Made by a program: the position numbers and the translations under genes
Notes under the pieces: model-generated
Databases searched by the model: none
What the model was told of the DNA's origin: nothing
What the model saw: only the letters and a program-made list of their open reading frames with translations
Shown: positions 55,831 through 59,697 of the stretch, piece by piece
Layout: the number at the start of each line of letters is the position of its first letter
Position numbering within the stretch: the first letter of the stretch is position 1
IMG/VR virus record: IMGVR_UViG_3300030233_000116
Span: 1 to 59,697 of that record
Strand: one strand, 5' to 3'
Source: a virus
Lineage: Duplodnaviria > Caudoviricetes
DNA length: 59,697 nt

Positions 55831-56480
55831 TGTTTGTAGGTGTGTTTGTAGGTGTGTTTGTAGGTGTGTTTGCAGATCATGTCGAAAGTAAGATAGTAAT
55901 CTCCGTTTTGAAACCATCCGCCATGCCCGAGATCGTTTCGCGTCACATAGTGAATGTGGGAAGCAAACCGGTCGGGAACTCCGATAAAGCCCGCGCGGCC
56001 CAAGATGCCGTAACCAAGATGCCCCATGCCAACCCACCGAGAAGCACGAGCCACCCGATGCAGCACCATATCGCTCGCGCTGCGGTAGACGTAAATGCGT
56101 TCGACGCGGCCCGCCTCAATATGCGCCTGCCATTGTGCCCGATCCCAGCGCTCTTCACTTGCTGCGGCAATGAGGTGGACTTCCGTGACGCCCTCTCCCA
56201 TCGCGAGCGCTTGCTCGATGATTGCGCAACCGTTTGAATGCCCGACCAGGATGATGTCTTCGCGTCCATAGTAGCTGGCGGTTTTGATCTCGTTGGCAAC
56301 ACGCTTGGCGTGCCTCGTTCGGCGGAAAAGAGCGGCAACCGGCGAATCGAGGTAGCGGTATTCCACGCCCCCCATATGATGTTTGAGCTGCACGTCGCGC
56401 GCCATCTTGACCGGCCACGAGCGCCAGTCATCAGTGCTGGAGAGAATGCCAGGAACGAAAATGTAATATGGCGTGGTCAT
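55827..56480 (-). CDS. Alpha/beta hydrolase in lysis cassette
   Basis: VPGI, VGHSNG nucleophile elbow, D, GHG. Confidence 0.8.
   Translation of the reverse strand: MTTPYYIFVPGILSSTDDWRSWPVKMARDVQLKHHMGGVEYRYLDSPVAALFRRTRHAKRVANEIKTASYYGREDIILVGHSNGCAIIEQALAMGEGVTEVHLIAAASEERWDRAQWQAHIEAGRVERIYVYRSASDMVLHRVARASRWVGMGHLGYGILGRAGFIGVPDRFASHIHYVTRNDLGHGGWFQNGDYYLTFDMICKHTYKHTYKHTYKQ
55831..55875. repeat. 12-bp tandem repeat TGTTTGTAGGTG x3.5
   Basis: Encodes (KHTY)n at the hydrolase C-terminus, immediately before the endolysin ATG. Confidence 0.9.
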
Positions 56481-56481
56481 T

Positions 56482-56784
56482 TTATGGATTGCGCTCGGAT
56501 TCGATTTTGAGAATTTCCCAAAACTCCGGCCAATGTCCGTTAGATTGATAATATTCCAACCCGATCTTGTAGTGATGAGCGGTGAAGCGATCGCGCTTGG
56601 AGATGACAACCAGCTCCAGCGTGGCGATTGTTGCCTCTAACTTGGTTACTCGGCTAAGCAAGTTCGTCACCCACACACCTGCAGCAAATGCCACAAGCGC
56701 AATGCTTGCAATGATTCCCACACCCCACCGGAAAAGAAGGGCTTGGATATCGCGGATGACGTTTTGTGCCTCTGTATCACTCAT
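56482..56784 (-). CDS. Holin-like single-TM + coiled-coil protein
   Basis: WGVGIIASIALVAFAAGVWV followed by a coiled coil. Confidence 0.55.
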   Translation of the reverse strand: MSDTEAQNVIRDIQALLFRWGVGIIASIALVAFAAGVWVTNLLSRVTKLEATIATLELVVISKRDRFTAHHYKIGLEYYQSNGHWPEFWEILKIESERNP

Positions 56785-56855
56785 GCGGTCTTGCTGCGGC
56801 TACCGGGTTGGCACGTGCCGCGTTTGGGTTTGGGCTTTGGTGCTGGTTTGTTCAT
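56781..56855 (-). CDS. 24-aa basic peptide MNKPAPKPKPKRGTCQPGSRSKTA
   Basis: ATGA overlaps with both neighbours. Confidence 0.5.
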   Translation of the reverse strand: MNKPAPKPKPKRGTCQPGSRSKTA

Positions 56856-57364
56856 TCGGGTGTGGACGTTGGCGTTGCAGTTGGTTCGGGCGTGGGAGTC
56901 GGGGTCGGGATCGGAGTTGGCGTCGGAGTTGGCTCAACAAGCTGCCCGTCTTCGTAGGTCCAGCCCGGAGGAATCAGGGTGACTGAGCCGTTCTCGTGCT
57001 TGACGTAAGACCACCGAATCGCAGCAATCTCAGCCAATCGAGCAAGTCCATCCGCATCACCGAACCTCGTAAACTCAGCCGCGAGGTAGGCTGCTTTGCG
57101 CTCCGAGAGTTCCAGCAAGGCCACGCCCTGGTCACCATACAAATTGATCGTCCCTTGCGGGTCGGCGCTCAGGTAGAGGATTTCCGCAGCCGTCGCTAGC
57201 GAGCGCAGCTCTCGGTCGCGGGTTTCGCGGAGGTGATCGTCGAGGCGTTCCTTGACTCGCTGGGTTTCCGACAGCGCGGGCGGAGCAAATAGGTTGGTTT
57301 GTTGTGCGTCAGCGATGACGGCAATTACTGCAATGGTGATGAGTAGGGATGCTAGGGTTTTCAT
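56852..57364 (-). CDS. Signal-peptide protein with C-terminal (PT)n tail
   Basis: MKTLASLLITIAVIAVIADAQ; EPTPTPTPIPTPTPTPE. Confidence 0.7.
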   Translation of the reverse strand: MKTLASLLITIAVIAVIADAQQTNLFAPPALSETQRVKERLDDHLRETRDRELRSLATAAEILYLSADPQGTINLYGDQGVALLELSERKAAYLAAEFTRFGDADGLARLAEIAAIRWSYVKHENGSVTLIPPGWTYEDGQLVEPTPTPTPIPTPTPTPEPTATPTSTPE

Positions 57365-59697
57365 GGTTTGAGGTATTCGATGGTTATGAGGCCAGAAAAT
57401 GCGCTGTAATCTGCCGCTGTTGTAATCTCGATGTTTGTCTCTTTGACCTGCACCTGCACAATGTTAGACGCTGTTGTATCAGCATAAGGCAGCGGGATTG
57501 CGACTGGGGTGCTTGATGTTCGCGATGCTGACCCATACACCATCCTCACGTCAGTCACATCCAGATCGACGCCATCGGTCACAATGCCATGGGCATCAGT
57601 GGTGGTTGTTGCGTTTGGCAACGCCCCCACGTTGATCGTTTTGCGGTAGCGCGGCACCCCCCCGTCCTCCCCAATCAACGTCTCGGTCGTGCTCCATTCA
57701 CTCGCAGCAATCGGGGCAAAACGATCATCGAGCGTCCCGACGTTGGCGATGTCGTTGGAGCTGGTGCCTGTGGCGTTGGCTGCTGTGACCGTGCCAGCTT
57801 TAATCGTGAGAGAGTCGCCGGATGCGTCGCCGAGGGTGGTGTTGGCGTTGACGTCGAGATCAGTCAGCAGATCAAACTTATTTACCGCGGTTCCGGTGCG
57901 ATAGACTTGAAAAACAGATGCGCCTGATGAGTTGGCATCGTTGCGAGTCGTGAGCCGCAGTTGATCGAGTCCGCCGAATTCCGTAACGATAAAACGCCAC
58001 GTCTTTTCATTAGAGCCTGCTCCTGTATCCGACAGGTAAAGATTTGCACCAACTGAGTCTTCAACATAAAAATCAGCATTTGAAACTGTTGCATCAGCAT
58101 TGAAGGTCGATGTAGCGTCTACGGTCAAGGAATCCCCAGAGGCGTCGCCGAGGGTGACGTCGCCATTTGCCGTCAAGTCACCATCAATATCTGTATCAAC
58201 ATCTAGGTCGATGCCAGATGTATCAAACTCCGCAATTTGCGTTGCGCCTATTCCTGCTGCCGTTGCATTCGTGGCGACAATCACCTTTTGCGCTGATCTG
58301 CCAGAGCCACCAACGCGACCTCCCAAATATAACAGGCCGCTATTGTCGATAGTCTGCGAGTCCCACGAAAGAGCCTCGGTGTGCGCATGAGCAGACGCAT
58401 AACGCGGGAATAACACTGCGGCGAGCTTGCGATTGTTGGTGGATAGCGTGGTCACTCCAACATCTGCCCCTAGCACAATGGCCCCGGACGTAAGGCCACT
58501 TTGGAATCTATTTACGGAGGTATAAGCGTTATCGGCATCCAACAGCGGCACATTACTGCTCAACATCGAATCCGGCACCTCGGCCAGTTCCTCCACCGCC
58601 CCCGTGCTGGCAGTAGTTCGCCCGAGCAGGCGATCCGTGGACATCGTGAGACCGGAAGCTGTGATGTCGCCGTTGCTCGCTGCGTCAGTGATGCCGTAGC
58701 CGCTCAGCGTCGTCGGTGTGCTGCCGATCTGGCTCCAGGTCAGGCCGGTCACCTGGTCCCCGTCCGCTGCACCTAAATCCCACGACCCTGATAAAACCCG
58801 CGCATCCACATCAATCGCCAGAGTGTCAGTCGAGTCATAGAGCAGTCGGTCGACAAAATCGAACGCGAAGTTTCCATCCGTGCCACCCAGCATTCCGCCT
58901 CCAAGATCCAGGTAGGCGCTGCCACTATTGCTGAGCCACACAGCCGCGCCATCCATGGTCTGGTTTGCGCTCCAGGTATTTGCACCATTCAGCAGCGGGA
59001 CAGCGGTCCCGCTTGTGCCGGTGTTCGCCGTCGCCGCAGTGCCCAGCCCCAGCGAGACCCGCGCAGTGCTGCCCGATTCACCCACCAGCCCGCTTCCATT
59101 CCCCACGATGAAGACCCCGTCATCCGGCGTGATCCCCGTCACATCCTGGAGCCGGTCCGAATATCCCTGCGTCCAGGTTCCCGGCTCCAATTGCAATGTC
59201 TGCTGGACCGTTGCTAGATCCACATCATCCAAGATTGTTCGAGCAAAAGACGTTAGCGTTGTCGTCCCTAATGCGTCTGTGCCAGTCCAATAAAATAGCA
59301 CGTCGGCCCCGGTCGATCCGCCTGCGAGTGCCGTCAATGTTGCATCAAGCGGCTGCCCCTCGGAATCAGTCAAGATTGTCTCGTCTAAATACACCGCATC
59401 GATCGCCGTCCCCTGCCACACCCCCGTCCCGATCGTGCCGAGAGTCGTGATGTTGGCAGACCCGGCCCACGTCGAAAGCGCGGTGTTTTCGACGTTGGCA
59501 AAGCCAAGGGTCGCCATCACCGCATCACCATCAGCATCGTCAAGGATTGTGCGAGCAAACGCCGATAGCGAGAATGTTGCGTAGGTGTCCGAGCCGGTCG
59601 TGTAAATCCCTTGATTGGCCGATGTGGATAACCCCGCAATCGATGCAAGCCCCGCGTCGTAAGCCTGGACATGGGTTCCCGGCACAAGAGACAACTC
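57361..59697 (-). CDS. 3' part of tail-fibre protein (starts at 244)
   Basis: QAYDAGL/QPLDATL..FARTILDD repeats, ANTW, PTTLSGYGITDA, TLGDASGDSLT x2, C-terminal YRK...HGI...IEYLK module. Confidence 0.85.
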   Translation of the reverse strand, partial: ELSLVPGTHVQAYDAGLASIAGLSTSANQGIYTTGSDTYATFSLSAFARTILDDADGDAVMATLGFANVENTALSTWAGSANITTLGTIGTGVWQGTAIDAVYLDETILTDSEGQPLDATLTALAGGSTGADVLFYWTGTDALGTTTLTSFARTILDDVDLATVQQTLQLEPGTWTQGYSDRLQDVTGITPDDGVFIVGNGSGLVGESGSTARVSLGLGTAATANTGTSGTAVPLLNGANTWSANQTMDGAAVWLSNSGSAYLDLGGGMLGGTDGNFAFDFVDRLLYDSTDTLAIDVDARVLSGSWDLGAADGDQVTGLTWSQIGSTPTTLSGYGITDAASNGDITASGLTMSTDRLLGRTTASTGAVEELAEVPDSMLSSNVPLLDADNAYTSVNRFQSGLTSGAIVLGADVGVTTLSTNNRKLAAVLFPRYASAHAHTEALSWDSQTIDNSGLLYLGGRVGGSGRSAQKVIVATNATAAGIGATQIAEFDTSGIDLDVDTDIDGDLTANGDVTLGDASGDSLTVDATSTFNADATVSNADFYVEDSVGANLYLSDTGAGSNEKTWRFIVTEFGGLDQLRLTTRNDANSSGASVFQVYRTGTAVNKFDLLTDLDVNANTTLGDASGDSLTIKAGTVTAANATGTSSNDIANVGTLDDRFAPIAASEWSTTETLIGEDGGVPRYRKTINVGALPNATTTTDAHGIVTDGVDLDVTDVRMVYGSASRTSSTPVAIPLPYADTTASNIVQVQVKETNIEITTAADYSAFSGLITIEYLKP
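59665..59697 (+). repeat. Terminal direct repeat, right copy
   Basis: Identical to 26-58. Confidence 0.95.

Noticed and set aside
56860-56935. DNA repeat element
   Set aside because: Simply encodes a Pro-Thr linker with varied codons
57361-59697. Diversity-generating retroelement or invertible fibre cassette
   Set aside because: No reverse transcriptase, invertase or template/variable repeat pair seen; internal repeats are ordinary fibre motifs

Overview
This window is a complete circular temperate tailed-phage genome of about 59.6 kb. A 33-nt terminal overlap (26-58 = 59665-59697) closes the circle, and bases 1-27 are Illumina adapter. Most genes are on the minus strand. Modules: tail/fibre genes (wrapping the join), adaptors, N4-gp56-like major capsid, scaffold, portal, a 6061-aa DarB-like polyvalent virion protein, terminase, a divergent sigma70 early cassette, primase-helicase, SF2 helicase, two glycosyltransferases, attP (3' part of tRNA-Arg ACG) with a tyrosine integrase, recombination genes (Sak4, Cas4-like nuclease, SSB, RusA), a Tad1 anti-defence homolog, a switch made of divergent ribbon-helix-helix genes, and a lysis cassette. 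The most striking signal is inside the giant gene. It hides a second layer of same-strand genes: a complete CCA-ending initiator-like tRNA-Met, a perfect Shine-Dalgarno driving a 16-aa basic peptide, and three sigma70 promoters, each placed 7-8 nt before a leaderless ORF. All four nested ORFs are in the +1 frame, and one sits directly after the Zeta-toxin domain (candidate nested antitoxin). The giant protein's domains (ParB-like, Zeta, MTase, SNF2, sigma70, ART-like) are separated by a recurring L-G-A-R-x-I motif. Other oddities: a split, charge-complementary giant beta-hairpin gene pair in the tail region, a 158-nt tRNA-like RNA, a circularly permuted Cas4-like nuclease, and a ParB N-terminal peptide mimic. 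All family calls come from motif recognition by eye; no searches were run.
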